Virus record (IMG/VR): IMGVR_UViG_3300050015_000917
Span: 1 to 64,000 of that record
Source of the DNA: an uncultured virus (IMG/VR IMGVR_UViG_3300050015_000917)
Lineage: Duplodnaviria; Heunggongvirae; Uroviricota; Caudoviricetes
Length of the DNA stretch: 64,000 nucleotides
Strand: one strand, 5' to 3'
The notes under the pieces are model-generated. The model worked only from the letters and a program-made list of their open reading frames with translations. It was not told the origin of the DNA and searched no databases. Shown here in pieces: positions 31,501-40,589 of this stretch. Position numbers and translations under genes: made by a program. The first letter of the stretch is position 1. The number at the start of each line of letters is the position of its first letter.

Positions 31501-32187
31501 GCTCAAAATATAGGTTCTAATTTAATATTGGATGTAATTGATTATCAATTTGAACCTGGCCAATTAGTAGGAGTTATAGTTTCTGATGGAAGTACGGGAT
31601 ATTCCTGGGGATCTTCTTATAGAGTTATAGATGTATCCGGAATGACCCATACATTTAATCAGAATATTCCTCAATTCTTTATTGATTCAAGCAAGTATAC
31701 GATTAAAATTAAACATGCTTTTTCAACTTATTCAGATTTTACAATTGAAACAGATCATGCTGTTGAAATCGCAAATAATTTTAAAATCTATTTAAAGAAT
31801 AGTTATTGTCAGGAATATTTCTTGGATAATACATTTGTAGTTATTAATATGTTATTTGATCAGGATTATGTAAATCAGCAATGGTACGATCCTTCAGATA
31901 ATTTAGTAAATTCAACTTTCTTTTTATATAATGAAGCAATTACAGTAGATACTAGCACTCTTGTTATATTTAAGTCCTTATATGATGTAAGTAATTATAT
32001 GTTGGATCAGCATAATGTGTGGACTGTAAAAAACCACGATCCAAATCAGATTATCTTCAAAGTATTTAACGATAGCGTTCCATTTATTTTTAATCAAATA
32101 GGAACTTATGACGTTCAGGTTGAATCCTTTGATAAATACGGCAACTTAAAAACCCAGATTTGGGAAGGATTAATAAAAGTTCAATAA
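28507..32187 (+). CDS. Large baseplate wedge/structural protein (gp7-like position) with C-terminal PKD-like region
   Basis: YIGTYKALINAIKWLGY core; C-terminal FNQIGTYDVQVESFDKYGN; follows the gp25- and gp6-like genes. Confidence 0.6.
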   Translation: MNIQNWKIFDKSGSLLNLYADAYLPLTFTPSNQNATGASGYAITDPSNYIIKGINGVKITNSGWGYTGLQTDPQIQLNSSFTDYTHILLSPSEVSIGFKDVSIFNPDPGNSKAIESVLITLVPDVSFLYPSISFSSAIFLNPISQGLVETEHLTIIEETSPGLFISPNDPDNSILVFRFTDGDPEIKLFEIDEHEQLLSWSDELVVDVSRGIVSSGLMINIGFRSDNEGVYERRLRVYHRVGTTDYLIAEILINAESIGPDERFDTLITNFGLPSPKATPILFKEADINEALPDWKLLNQKSKHMILEHDKIMPYIGTYKALINAIKWLGYDDISVKEWYRNVKERTKLSLTVPYDAAERTKTILYFSPEERRNLKKLNQLSLVYCLTRETGEIDEWGNPLTEDCYSYNLNEILIKLYALKQWLERWIIGVNARITDITGEGIYFERYQNFIYATQNIGIESNYRQSVSPYVLAKSTELVAGDASMALTLEELRSSTVQNLPMRAIDFIKFAWNPSYGYFDITDTSALLSDSSTIFIGPSAQFPLVDLFDIQWKLSVEKTDSGVVTNNLVTKPLWIYDNEIRFFNVLDTSSQFYDNSNLNILLEKAYLKDADPSNDIWEDSIAYSIYSDPCTGGYWIDNSAGFHVWQSFDYVNLVPDTNSKLIYEFDANYRVPLLSFENYKFTDASDNVISLNKKYFLDIIDGKIMMDSSILGIKDWVTDPSTAGIENLETTINWNYDSSLGEQKITLNVVYRSPRMPLYIYDPSAYYWSQGSDPSIAKVVDNQVYLFRVNHTGDFHIELYAWDGFNNIFTNQMEYTHPVWTKFPRIYSLVDSSNYLTYEVSTFMNLNDVSALISANRFPLFDKYIPLQGLSLEFDPSGDPYITIPSITYFQDLPETDSLNRFINLTERVVNIAGSTIEIDPDYQKFYTGDDIQLVKFDKGKYHLTLEASAHIASSSSVYPGSAQPTLAILDQIPVEITIDASSELYILNNTHRNTSNAQNIGSNLILDVIDYQFEPGQLVGVIVSDGSTGYSWGSSYRVIDVSGMTHTFNQNIPQFFIDSSKYTIKIKHAFSTYSDFTIETDHAVEIANNFKIYLKNSYCQEYFLDNTFVVINMLFDQDYVNQQWYDPSDNLVNSTFFLYNEAITVDTSTLVIFKSLYDVSNYMLDQHNVWTVKNHDPNQIIFKVFNDSVPFIFNQIGTYDVQVESFDKYGNLKTQIWEGLIKVQ

Positions 32188-32705
32188 TGGATGTCTTAAT
32201 TGTAGTTGATGTTCAAGTTCATTTCAAATCTGTCTCAGATGAATATGTTGAGGGAATATTTGAATTGTGCGAACAATTTGACGAAGTCTATCAAATATGG
32301 GATGCTGTTGATGTAAATACTCCCGATTTTAAGTTTCCAAATGAATTAGATCGAATTCGTAAAGAATATGGAGGAGAATTGGCTGAAGAGGATGTTGAGC
32401 ATTACGATTTTTCTGAAAAAGATAAAGCTGGTTTAAAAGAAGGTTTTAAATTTCATTTTGAATCTGGAGAATTATTTGTTGCAGGAAAAGAACCAAAACG
32501 TATGTGGTTTCTTTATGTAGGAGGAATACATCCCTGGTTTATTTTTGAAGAAAAACTATTCGCATTATTCGAAAAATTGAAAAAGGAAGGAAAACGAACT
32601 ATTCTTTGCGGAGGTGCAGAAGAAGAATGTTTAGAAGATATTAGAGTTCTTGCAATGTCAATGGATTTAAAAGCAGAAGTTTTAGGAACTCACACATATA
32701 ATTGA
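32187..32705 (+). CDS. Isochorismatase/cysteine-hydrolase-like protein
   Basis: VLIVVDVQ and ILCGGAEEECL. Start reassigned to the ATG at 32187 (TAATG overlap). Confidence 0.6.
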   Translation: MDVLIVVDVQVHFKSVSDEYVEGIFELCEQFDEVYQIWDAVDVNTPDFKFPNELDRIRKEYGGELAEEDVEHYDFSEKDKAGLKEGFKFHFESGELFVAGKEPKRMWFLYVGGIHPWFIFEEKLFALFEKLKKEGKRTILCGGAEEECLEDIRVLAMSMDLKAEVLGTHTYN

Positions 32706-32710
32706 TAAAT

Positions 32711-33175
32711 ATGGAATTAAAATATGGAAAATGGCCGAGAAAAGGCTATTCAGAAGGATATCCATCTTGGATTTTATATAATAATAAAAAACCAGTAGCC
32801 GGGATTTCTAATGATAGTAAAGATAAAAAGAATGTAATTATCAGACATATTGAAGCATTTGAAAAAGGGAAGGGATATGGGCCAAAACTTATATTTATAT
32901 TACTCGATAACGGAATTAGCTTAATAACAGGGAAACCAGATTATAATTCTATATCTACATCAGCATATTATATGAATAAGAAGATAAATGAATTGATAAA
33001 AAGCAGTGATGGAAAATATAAATCTACTGTTTTGGGAAAAGCCAATAACAAAGGAAAAGAGGATGAAGAAAAATACAAAGATGTTATTGACAAAAAAGAT
33101 AACTATCATTATAAATGGGGAAAAAACAAATTGGTAAAAGAATCCTTAATAAATTTTGAAAATTATGGAAGATAG
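32711..33175 (+). CDS. GNAT-like acetyltransferase
   Basis: VIIRHIEAFEKGKGYGPKLI (acetyl-CoA loop-like); ATG at 32711; C-terminal KLVKESLINFE. Confidence 0.5.
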   Translation: MELKYGKWPRKGYSEGYPSWILYNNKKPVAGISNDSKDKKNVIIRHIEAFEKGKGYGPKLIFILLDNGISLITGKPDYNSISTSAYYMNKKINELIKSSDGKYKSTVLGKANNKGKEDEEKYKDVIDKKDNYHYKWGKNKLVKESLINFENYGR

Positions 33176-33491
33176 ATTTTATAAAGGAAATAGGATAGAA
33201 GAAGCAAATCCAAATAATACTTTTTTACCAGTCGATTCCAATGAATGGAGAAAAGCAGGTATTCTTTCTATTGAAAAACTCGGAAATATTATTCAAATAC
33301 AATTAGATGAAGATATATTTAAAAGAAATGTTACAGCTGTTGCTTTTTCTAAACAGGATGAAATAGTGGAATTACCGCCAGAGAGTCTTCCAGTAGATCC
33401 TAGAACTCATATATCAGTTGATGAAAATTATTTGTATGTGTGGATTCCACAATCAAAAAGATGGAAAAGAATTCCATTATCCGTGTGGTAA
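33165..33491 (+). CDS. Small protein with a fibre-type C-terminal motif
   Basis: SVDENYLYVW..KRWKRIPLSVW; ATG at 33165. Confidence 0.6.
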   Translation: MEDRFYKGNRIEEANPNNTFLPVDSNEWRKAGILSIEKLGNIIQIQLDEDIFKRNVTAVAFSKQDEIVELPPESLPVDPRTHISVDENYLYVWIPQSKRWKRIPLSVW

Positions 33492-33492
33492 T

Positions 33493-34902
33493 TTATTGGT
33501 GCATAATCCATCTATCTTCGTCTGGATTTTCTGGTTGAATGGCATAATTAGCTGTTCGGATTTCTCCTAAATATCGAACCCAAATTCTTCTAACTTTCCA
33601 AGCAGGTTTTTTATTTGAAAGCATGGTTTTCGTTATTGGGTTGTCATTCGAATCTGTGTCCTCATCCTCATTTATTCTAAGTTCTACAAGTCTTTTCTCA
33701 CTGGGTATCCAAACTTTTACCCTATCCCCTTTTTTATATGGTTGAGTATATTTTCCAATTCTCATAGACTTTTTGGGTTCCATTCCTCTTTGAAAGTGAT
33801 AAACTTCCCGAACTGGATCATGTGGTAACGGAGTTAATTGTTTAAGAATTTCTGTTAATCCTTCTTCAGCAGTTGCGAGAATTTTCTCTTTCATTATTTT
33901 TCCCTCAATACGATAGCCATAAGAAAAATAATCTTCTTGGGTTTCTATTTCTGTGGATGCTTTAGCAGGATAATATCGAATAAAAAAATTATCTGCTCTA
34001 AAAATTTTATCATATCCCGGGGGCATAAAATATGTTCCTTCGATAATACCTAGTGAATAAGGAAAAACATTAGATATTTTATATTCCCCTCCTCTTATTT
34101 CAACCAATAGATCTAGGACCTTTTTAATAGCACGTTCTCCTACTCTCCCTATTTTCATACTATCTTTAGGATCCTGTCCTCTTTCAAAATTTTGGGACTC
34201 ATTAGTTTTATTAATATGAGCATCTATAGCCTTTTTGACTTTTTCCAAAGCCTTTTCTGGAATTTTTGATACCTCTCCCCCCAATTTTGTTATAAATGCA
34301 GAAGTTCCTATATAATAAGTTTCCCCGGCAAAATAAGTTTCCCCCTCATCCTCTACCTTTTGGGGAACTTTTGAACTCATAAGTAATATTGGAAATCCTT
34401 TATAATCTTTTATTAAATCAATAATTTTATATTCTTTTGGATTATAAGTTACCCACCAATCGGTTTCTTCAATAAATTTTATGTCTAAATAAGTTTGACC
34501 AATAGTCATAGATTTTTTGGGTTCTACCCCTCTTGTAAAATACTGAGCTTCTTGCATTCTCGGAACTAATTCTAATAGGTTTTCTAATTGAAGAGGAGTT
34601 CCCCAGATAAAAATATCATCAGAAGTTCGAGTATTTTTATCTCCGAGATAAGCTGTAAATCCGATACAACCATCATCATATAATTCAGAGTCTGTATTAA
34701 TTTGAAGATAATACCCTTTCGGAAAAATATGATAGCGGGAATCATCCCTAATTTCATGTTGAGAATCGGTTGTAAATTCTTTTATTATTTTTAAAATATC
34801 CCCTTTTTTTAAAGACAACCATTTTTGGACAAGACCAATTCTCATAGATTTTTTGGGGTCTATTCCACGTTCAAAATGAATATTTTCCCTAACTAGTTTC
34901 AT
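33493..34902 (-). CDS. Four-module FERG-tag polyprotein-like protein
   Basis: Tag Glu codons at 34887, 34551, 34200 and 33807. Confidence 0.8.
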   Translation of the reverse strand: MKLVRENIHFERGIDPKKSMRIGLVQKWLSLKKGDILKIIKEFTTDSQHEIRDDSRYHIFPKGYYLQINTDSELYDDGCIGFTAYLGDKNTRTSDDIFIWGTPLQLENLLELVPRMQEAQYFTRGVEPKKSMTIGQTYLDIKFIEETDWWVTYNPKEYKIIDLIKDYKGFPILLMSSKVPQKVEDEGETYFAGETYYIGTSAFITKLGGEVSKIPEKALEKVKKAIDAHINKTNESQNFERGQDPKDSMKIGRVGERAIKKVLDLLVEIRGGEYKISNVFPYSLGIIEGTYFMPPGYDKIFRADNFFIRYYPAKASTEIETQEDYFSYGYRIEGKIMKEKILATAEEGLTEILKQLTPLPHDPVREVYHFQRGMEPKKSMRIGKYTQPYKKGDRVKVWIPSEKRLVELRINEDEDTDSNDNPITKTMLSNKKPAWKVRRIWVRYLGEIRTANYAIQPENPDEDRWIMHQ

Positions 34903-34904
34903 TA

Positions 34905-35723
34905 TTATTTATAGCAATATCCTGGGAGACTTCCTCCATAAACTCTAATAAGTTCTTTAAGTTCAGATTCAGGGACATAATCTTTAAGAGTCCATGACGT
35001 ACCTCGACCTCCGCTCAGAGATTTCATAGTTTGATCATTAACAAATTCTGCAAAATCCTCAAGCTTTCCAAGAGGCTTATCTCCGGAAGTAAATATTACT
35101 TTAAAATGTCCATTATAATCTTTCCAAATTTCAGCAGTACTACCTTTATAGATATCATGAACATTAAAATACTCGCATTCTCCTGTTCCAAAATTAACTC
35201 TACCAATAGAAGCTATATAGCCTTTGCTTAAACGTTTTCCCCCGATTTCAGTTGCACCGGCTTCAGAAAATCTTCCTATTCCTAGATTTTTAAATATTTC
35301 AGAATTTCCTCTTTGAAATCCACCGCCACCACCGGATTGCTTTTCTGCATTAGCACCAGCAACTCTTTCAGATGGAAGAAGATATTGAGTTTTAAATTTT
35401 CTTTCTAGCTTTTCTCCTTTTCCAACAGGTCCTACTACAGGAGCAAGAACATCTGCCGAAGCTTTTGATCTTACACCAGAACCACCTAGATCAACAGCTC
35501 TATCATGGAATATCTGAGATATATCACTTCCCGCACCAAATACTTCTATAGCAGCTTCAGCTCTTGCTTGAGCTTTACCAGGATCCTGAATAATATTTGC
35601 TTGAGTTCTAGCTAAAGAAAGTTCTTTCTCGTGATTTCCTGCAGATTTGGTTTTTATATCGGTCATACGTACAAGATCCTTCTGTCCGAATCCTTCATTT
35701 AATAATACAAATTTTGCTCTCAT
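34905..35723 (-). CDS. Hypothetical protein, full-length paralogue of 58275..58958, with MRAKFVLLNE leader
   Basis: KDLVRMTDIKTKS..DPGKAQARAEAAIEVF aligns with KDLMRILDIQKKS..EPGKALARGYASIEVY. Confidence 0.75.
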   Translation of the reverse strand: MRAKFVLLNEGFGQKDLVRMTDIKTKSAGNHEKELSLARTQANIIQDPGKAQARAEAAIEVFGAGSDISQIFHDRAVDLGGSGVRSKASADVLAPVVGPVGKGEKLERKFKTQYLLPSERVAGANAEKQSGGGGGFQRGNSEIFKNLGIGRFSEAGATEIGGKRLSKGYIASIGRVNFGTGECEYFNVHDIYKGSTAEIWKDYNGHFKVIFTSGDKPLGKLEDFAEFVNDQTMKSLSGGRGTSWTLKDYVPESELKELIRVYGGSLPGYCYK

Positions 35724-36384
35724 GGGTATAATGTTTTTTTATATTTTTCTCGAATGTAATAGTTCTCTATATCTATTTTAGCATCATGGATAGCTATTTC
35801 CTCAGTTTCAACCATATCAGTTTTATCTGCTGGAGAAATTCCTATATAAAGCTCTTGGCCAACAGCAAAGTTTTCAGGACGAAATTTAATAATAAGTATA
35901 GGATAATTTTGATAATTTCTAATTAGTTTCACAATGTCAGCTACTTGTAAAATATTGTCAAGATTTTCACTCCAATTAGTTTCTTCAATAATTTTTTTAT
36001 CAAGAACTGTTAATCCAATTCCCATAGATTTTTTAGGTTCTAATCCTCTTTCAAAATTCAAAGATTCTTTTAATTTTTTTTGTTCCTCTTTCCATGCATT
36101 ATGAGAAGTATCTTCTTTTGCTATTTCGCTATCGATACTTCTTTTTAGATTATCCAAAGCTTTTTCGGGGGTAGTTGCTGTTTATTTTTCAGAACAAGAA
36201 TAGGATAACCTCTGTAATCTCTAATGAGTTTAATAATATCATAAAGAAATAAATGCTTTTCGAGATCAATTGCCCAATCAGTTTCATCCATAACTTCTTG
36301 ATCAAGATGAGATTTACCTACATTCATGGAAGTTTTTGGCTCAAGCCCACGTTCAAAATTTAAAGATTCCCTGATTATTCCCAT
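35720..36384 (-). pseudogene. Two-module FERG-tag gene interrupted by a frameshifting deletion (ORFs 36145..36384 and 35720..36157)
   Basis: Homology to paralogous modules continues in the other frame as TPEKALDNLKRSID near 36170. Tags at 36369 and 36067. Confidence 0.55.
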
Positions 36385-36392
36385 TCCTCTAC

Positions 36393-37130
36393 TTAAAATT
36401 TTCTGGCTAAATTTGGATCATTCTTAAGATTGGTCTTAATTATTGTGCGAAGATCCTCGGGGGACAACTTATATTCTGTGGAAAGTTTATTAACAACTGC
36501 CTTTGGTGCTTTTTCACCCAAAACTCTTCTGAGTTGATTGTATAAATCATAGGTGGCTTGAATAATTTTCGCATTTCTTTTCTGAATTTTTTCTCTTGTT
36601 TTTCTACCTTGATCCGATGTTTCTTCAGCCCATTTGTCGGATATCTCTGTACCTGCATCCATATTAACAGCTTCGCTGGCTAATGAGTATAACTCTCCAG
36701 AAAGACCTTGATCCTCCATTCCTTTAAATTCATCAAACGCATTTATTATTTTATCATATAAATCATTGCCAAAGATTCCTTCACGATTTCCTTGTAATAA
36801 AAGTCTAAATTTAGATATTGTATAACTAACCGTACGAGGTTTGAGACCCAATACATCTCCTAGTCTTGGAGCAGATAGCTTTTGGAAATCTGTATTCTCT
36901 TCTTTGCCCATTTTTAGTGCATTACGTGTCATTCCGCTATCGCCTCTACCTCGAGTATCTTCTGATCTTCCCATAGCATCTTTAGCAGCTAAATACATCG
37001 CAGCTAGTTGTGGTTTGGTTATAACATCATTACCTCTTGATATAGCAGCTTTTTCACCACCTGAATATTCTATTTCAGGTTGATCGGTTCCATATAATTC
37101 CTCTAGGGATTCGCAAACAAGTTTTTTCAT
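36393..37130 (-). CDS. Putative DNA-binding (HTH-like) protein with MKKLVCES leader
   Basis: LSAPRLGDVLGLKPRTVSYTISKF resembles an HTH; basic C-terminus. Confidence 0.55.
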   Translation of the reverse strand: MKKLVCESLEELYGTDQPEIEYSGGEKAAISRGNDVITKPQLAAMYLAAKDAMGRSEDTRGRGDSGMTRNALKMGKEENTDFQKLSAPRLGDVLGLKPRTVSYTISKFRLLLQGNREGIFGNDLYDKIINAFDEFKGMEDQGLSGELYSLASEAVNMDAGTEISDKWAEETSDQGRKTREKIQKRNAKIIQATYDLYNQLRRVLGEKAPKAVVNKLSTEYKLSPEDLRTIIKTNLKNDPNLARKF

Positions 37131-37226
37131 CTCTTCGTTTTTTATATTTATCTACTGCAAATATACGAAAAAGACTTCAAAATAAAAAATAAATTATATA
37201 GGCAACGGTGGCATGCTAGGAAAAGA

Positions 37227-40200
37227 TTACGGAAAACCAGGAAATCCATAACAGGTTTTTCCGGTTGGAGCCCATTCTTTTAATAAGAAAGTCATCCAGG
37301 GTAAATTACTTGGCTTTAAATTTTCCCACTTAGGAAATGGATCCGATTGAATAATAGTTGGCATTGCTGCTTTTAAAGCAGCCTTATAAGCTTTAAAATT
37401 ATTAAACGATTTGGATAAAGCAGGACCGTAATTCGATTTCATCAAATCTTCATTCTTTAATTCAAATTTATCTATGATAGCATTCAAAGGACCATAATTA
37501 ACATTTTGGTCTATATCCGCAGCCATTTTGATTATAGGTTTTGGGTTCTTTAATGTAAAGGCAAAATTAGCGGTTTCGGGTTTTGTAGCAATAGGAAGAG
37601 GAGCTAAAAATTTATCCATATTAGCTAATAAAGTATCGAGTTTAGCGAATTGCTTATCGATTTGATCCTGTGTTTTTTGTAATGCTTGTATTTTAGGATC
37701 CGGATTTTGAGCAATAGAAGATCCAGCATAAGCATCTTTAATTATTTTATATTTTATTTCGAATTGAACTTTATCTTTTTTATCAATAAGAATTTGTTCG
37801 CTCAAACTTGTCATATCAGTTGTCCATAAATAAAGAGCAGACATATATCTTGGTATATCTTCTTTAGTATCCACCGAACGATCTCTTTTTGGTTTTTTAG
37901 TCTGCAAATCTCGTTTTTGATTTTGCAAATTAATTATTCTATTTTCAATTTCTTTAATATCTGCTTTTGCTTTATCTAAGTAAGTTTTTAATCGATCTTT
38001 TTTAAATTGAGATAACTGATCGGTTAAAGCTTTCTTTAATGCTTCTATTTCTTTCTTTAGTAATGTTGCAGGATCGGCTAGAGGAACATGGTGTTCTGTT
38101 GACCAATTAACAAATAAAGCCCAGGGGAAGGGATAGATTCCTGTAATAGTAAGGCCTACAACAATAAATCCCCAATTAGTTTCAAAAGCCCTAATCGGAA
38201 TATAAACGATTGGAAAAGGGGTAGGTCCAATCGGAGGGGGCAAACCTGTTGACCAGCTTGTTGCAGGATTAGCTACACTTGCTAAAGTTGCAAAAGCACA
38301 ATAACGCATCCAATAAGATAAATCCCCATATTTCTTTTTAGTATTTGGAGAAAGATAAGGATCATCTTCATCAGGAGGTTGACAAGATTGATCTGCAATG
38401 GAATATAATCTATATTGTTCGCCATTAATAACTGCAATAGAATATGTAGCAAAAGTACTTGAAATACTATCTAAGTTCTTTAAGAGAACTTCAATTTCTT
38501 CTGGAAGTGCATTATATCTTTTCCAAAGACCCGTAAAAAACTGCTCAATTTGGTTTCCTTCTAATTCTGTTTCTACCCATTTTGTTTTATTTGGGGAGTA
38601 TTTTGTTTCAACTAGTTTGTCTATCTCAATACTAAAATTAAATAAAAATAAAATATAATTTCTTATTGTTATTTTTTCATTATCTATTTTCTTTTTATTA
38701 TTTTTTTGTAAATCTAATAAATAGTTTTCTCCAGCTGTAAAACGAGTTCCGACTTTAGCATTAGCTTCATCCCATTTTTGACGAAGAACATCATAAAAAT
38801 TAGGATCAATAGAAAAGAAAGTTCCTTCAGAGAGTTCTTTACAATAAGCATTAATTTTATCTTTAATCTTTTTAACACTATATTTGTCAGTAAAAAATCT
38901 ATTCCTTAAAAATTCATCTATTTTATTTATAAAAGCTGTGGTAATATTGTTCTTATCAAAATAAGAAGATAACTGAGCAGCAAGAGAAAAATAAAATTCA
39001 ATAAGTTCAAATTCCTTTTCATCCGGCTTTGTTATCTTAGCCTGATTTATTCCATTTTGGCCATCTGATTTAAGATATTTAAAAAGAATTTGTTCGCTTT
39101 GATCCAATTCAATTTTAATATCTCCCATTTGTTCTGCTTCGGCTTTTGCTTTTACTTTATCACTACCTGCAATATCCTTATTTCTTTTTTCCCAACTTTT
39201 TTTCTGTTTGGAGAAAGTTGTTATAATTCCATCCCATCTTTGTTTAACCCCTCCAATTTTATAAATTAAGGACAATGATTCTTTAATAGAAAGGCTTCCA
39301 TCTATTAGTGGAGAATATTTAAGCATTACAGGATAAATGGTAGGCAAATAAAATTCACTCATAAAAAATTTTGTATCATTTTGTTCTTTATAAGCTTCAT
39401 TTAATTTGTTTATAGTTTCTTCTAAATATGTCTGATTTGGATCTGAAATATTCTGAACATAAATTTTATTGGGTTCAACCAATTCAACAATTCCATTTAC
39501 ACTAGAATAAATCTTATTTCCATCATAAGTTGCCATAGGAACATTAACGCTGAGAGTATCCCCTGCTTTAACAAGAATATTTAAATTGGTACTTGAATTA
39601 TTTTGAAATAGAGCTTTTGTAGCAATATCAGGTTGGGAACCTTCTATAATTGAAGTATCTTGATTTTGTACAATTTCGCAGGAAATATTTTTTTCCTCCA
39701 TTGGAAAATGGGGAACAAGATTATCATCAATATCCACAGGACAAGAAATTATTTGTTCTGCAAAAAGTTGTGGAATAATTTCTATATCACTCGGATTTGG
39801 GGTAGGTTCACATATTTGAGATAAAGTAATTTCTTGAAAGGAATTTAAAGCAGTGCTCTGTAGCTTTTTTCTATTTGTAACATAAATTAGGGAGGCAAGT
39901 AAAACCCCAGAAATAACAGCATCCATTATTTTAAAAGATCCTATAAGAGCTTGAATCTCTTTTCTTTTATTAGTCTCTAACCTTTCTTGACTTAGTATTG
40001 AAGAAACACTTCGAATAAGTCTTTGTAGATATTTTCCTCTATGAGGAGAAGGTGTTTCGTTTTGATTTAGAAAATCCTTTATTTTTAAAACTATAACATA
40101 TGTTAGAAAAAGCCACGGAGCTATTCCAGCTATTCTATAAGCAGCTTGGTATACCTTAGATGAATTAGAAACCTTATTATCAAATTCGTCCGAATTATTA

Positions 40201-40580
40201 AAAAGATTAATATAGTCTTCAGCGAAAAGATCCTTATCTCCTAATGATTTAAGAAAATTATCGAATTCCTGAGCATAAAAATCTGAATTTTCGCAAGCGA
40301 GAACAATTTCATTTAGATCGGATTCATCAATATCATTTCCGATCTCTCCTAAAAGCTTTTGGAGATCTCTATGATTTTTAACATAATTTAACGCTTCATC
40401 ATCCGTAATGTTTTTACCAATTTGTTTTTTAAGTTCATCAAGAATTTTATTAAGTAGAATAAAAGCAGCAAGCTTTAAAGCGAGAAGAACAGCGGGTTTC
40501 TTTAAAAACCCTTTAAATTTCTCGATTGATGATTGAAGCTTTCCAAAAGCTTCTTTTATTAATTTTTCTTTAAGACCCAT
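37227..40580 (-). CDS. Large coiled-coil protein with hydrophobic segments, probably virion-associated
   Basis: 1117 aa; ILVKAGDTL..IYSSVNGIV (barrel-sandwich-hybrid-like); Pro-rich GLPPPIGPTPFPIVYIP; lies downstream of the gp5-like gene. Confidence 0.5.
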   Translation of the reverse strand: MGLKEKLIKEAFGKLQSSIEKFKGFLKKPAVLLALKLAAFILLNKILDELKKQIGKNITDDEALNYVKNHRDLQKLLGEIGNDIDESDLNEIVLACENSDFYAQEFDNFLKSLGDKDLFAEDYINLFNNSDEFDNKVSNSSKVYQAAYRIAGIAPWLFLTYVIVLKIKDFLNQNETPSPHRGKYLQRLIRSVSSILSQERLETNKRKEIQALIGSFKIMDAVISGVLLASLIYVTNRKKLQSTALNSFQEITLSQICEPTPNPSDIEIIPQLFAEQIISCPVDIDDNLVPHFPMEEKNISCEIVQNQDTSIIEGSQPDIATKALFQNNSSTNLNILVKAGDTLSVNVPMATYDGNKIYSSVNGIVELVEPNKIYVQNISDPNQTYLEETINKLNEAYKEQNDTKFFMSEFYLPTIYPVMLKYSPLIDGSLSIKESLSLIYKIGGVKQRWDGIITTFSKQKKSWEKRNKDIAGSDKVKAKAEAEQMGDIKIELDQSEQILFKYLKSDGQNGINQAKITKPDEKEFELIEFYFSLAAQLSSYFDKNNITTAFINKIDEFLRNRFFTDKYSVKKIKDKINAYCKELSEGTFFSIDPNFYDVLRQKWDEANAKVGTRFTAGENYLLDLQKNNKKKIDNEKITIRNYILFLFNFSIEIDKLVETKYSPNKTKWVETELEGNQIEQFFTGLWKRYNALPEEIEVLLKNLDSISSTFATYSIAVINGEQYRLYSIADQSCQPPDEDDPYLSPNTKKKYGDLSYWMRYCAFATLASVANPATSWSTGLPPPIGPTPFPIVYIPIRAFETNWGFIVVGLTITGIYPFPWALFVNWSTEHHVPLADPATLLKKEIEALKKALTDQLSQFKKDRLKTYLDKAKADIKEIENRIINLQNQKRDLQTKKPKRDRSVDTKEDIPRYMSALYLWTTDMTSLSEQILIDKKDKVQFEIKYKIIKDAYAGSSIAQNPDPKIQALQKTQDQIDKQFAKLDTLLANMDKFLAPLPIATKPETANFAFTLKNPKPIIKMAADIDQNVNYGPLNAIIDKFELKNEDLMKSNYGPALSKSFNNFKAYKAALKAAMPTIIQSDPFPKWENLKPSNLPWMTFLLKEWAPTGKTCYGFPGFP

Positions 40581-40589
40581 GAGATTGAT

